Assembly (NCBI RefSeq): GCF_964188315.1
Contig: NC_135657.1
Span: 51,770,001 to 51,834,000, forward strand
Source of the DNA: Podarcis muralis
Lineage: Eukaryota
Direction: 5' to 3'
DNA length: 64,000 nucleotides
In this document: piece by piece, positions 62,949 to 64,000 of the stretch
Position numbering within the stretch: the first letter of the stretch is position 1
Layout: every line of letters begins with the position of its first letter
Notes under the pieces: generated by a model
Told to the model about the DNA's origin: nothing
Database searches by the model: none
The model's input: the letters and a program-made list of their open reading frames with translations, nothing else
Translations under genes and position numbers: made by a program

Positions 62949-63310
62949 AAAGGTAAAGGTACCCCTGCCCGTTCGGGCCAGTCGTGTCCGACTCTAGGGT
63001 TGTGCGCTCATTTCGCTCAAGAGGCCGGGAGCCGGCGCCGTCCGAAGACACTCCCGGGTCACGTGGCCAGCGTGATGAAGCTGCTCTGGCGAGCCAGCAT
63101 CAGCGCAGCACACGGAACGCCGTTTACCTTCCTGCTGGTAAGCAGTCCCTATTTATCTACTTGCACTTAGGGGTGCTTTCGAACTGCTAGGTGGGCAGGA
63201 GCTGGGACCGAACGACGGGAGCTCACCCCGCCGCGGGGATTCGAACTGCCGACCATGCGATCAGCAAGTCCTAGGCACTGAGGTTTTACCCACAGCGCCA
63301 CCCGCGTCCC
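62949..63310 (-). mobile_element. Sauria SINE, full length
   Basis: Reverse complement of the 15855-type element, ending ..cccacagcgccacccgcgtccc. Confidence 0.92.
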
Positions 63311-64000
63311 GCGTAGTAACTGTAGCCTTATGTAATTCCACATTCTGCCACAAGGACGAGCAACTTCGATTTAATGGAAATAGTTTGTTGAATTTCTATT
63401 TTATTTCAGGGCACAAGTACTGATATGAAGGAAGTAATGAATTCAGAAAACTAATATGAGGTTTTTCTTTTTCTTTTTTAAGTACAATTAGTGGAATGTA
63501 TAGCTGCTGCCTGTGTGGGTGGAAGAGAACATCTGTCTTTAATTAAAGAAAGCTTGCAGTGTTAACTGGTCCTGTGGAATACAGAATTGCTAGGGGGGGA
63601 ATGATACTCTAGAGTGGCATGTGTTCCTGTAAGCAAACACGCTGAGCAAACACTACACGGAAGGCTCCAAGGATATATACGGATGCTGCATTAAATTTGT
63701 CATTTTTATCAAGTGAATATTTTCTTCTAGAGGGAAAGGCTTTAATTTGCACTGGGCTGAGCAGGAAGCAATTAATGAAATGCAAGGATGAAGCACATAT
63801 TGATGGCAAGTGTGACCAAACAGAATTTGTTCAAAGGGCTGTTGTTAGGCCTAGATCTCACTGAGGCAGTAAACGAATCACCGGACTATATTGCTTCAGG
63901 CTGCATGTGCACAAATGCTCCTCCCTCCGTACAATAAGATAACATTCTCCCACTCTGAAGCTTCCTTCTGACATCTAATTCACCCTGTGGAGGAAACGGT

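Overview
This is vertebrate genomic DNA, most likely from a lacertid lizard, judged by its Sauria and Squam-type SINEs, RTE-BovB and Tigger/hAT MITEs. The window covers the head-to-head PACRG / PRKN (parkin) junction. The first coding exon of PACRG is on the minus strand (7538-7675, MVAEKE...SDGFTVKAMMKNTV|gt). The 7-nt first coding exon of PRKN is on the plus strand (11017-11023, ATGATAG|gtgagt). The rest is PACRG intron (1-7537), the inter-ATG promoter region, or PRKN intron 1 (11024 to beyond the window end), and it is dense with transposable elements. No rRNA, tRNA gene or CRISPR array was seen. Highlights: (1) an inverted Penelope-like retroelement remnant between the two promoters carries two intact-looking minimal hammerhead ribozyme cores, one per strand; (2) a recent inversion flanked by a 184-bp perfect inverted duplication splits a Tigger MITE at microhomology junctions; (3) a Sauria SINE composite inside a single TSD looks like a 3' transduction; (4) there are two separate CpG-rich promoter modules (RFX X-box + NRF1 versus ZNF143/THAP11); (5) there is a five-site TCF/LEF motif cluster; (6) a young L2 has a stop-free RT frame. 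Family assignments come from recalled sequence similarity, not from a database search.
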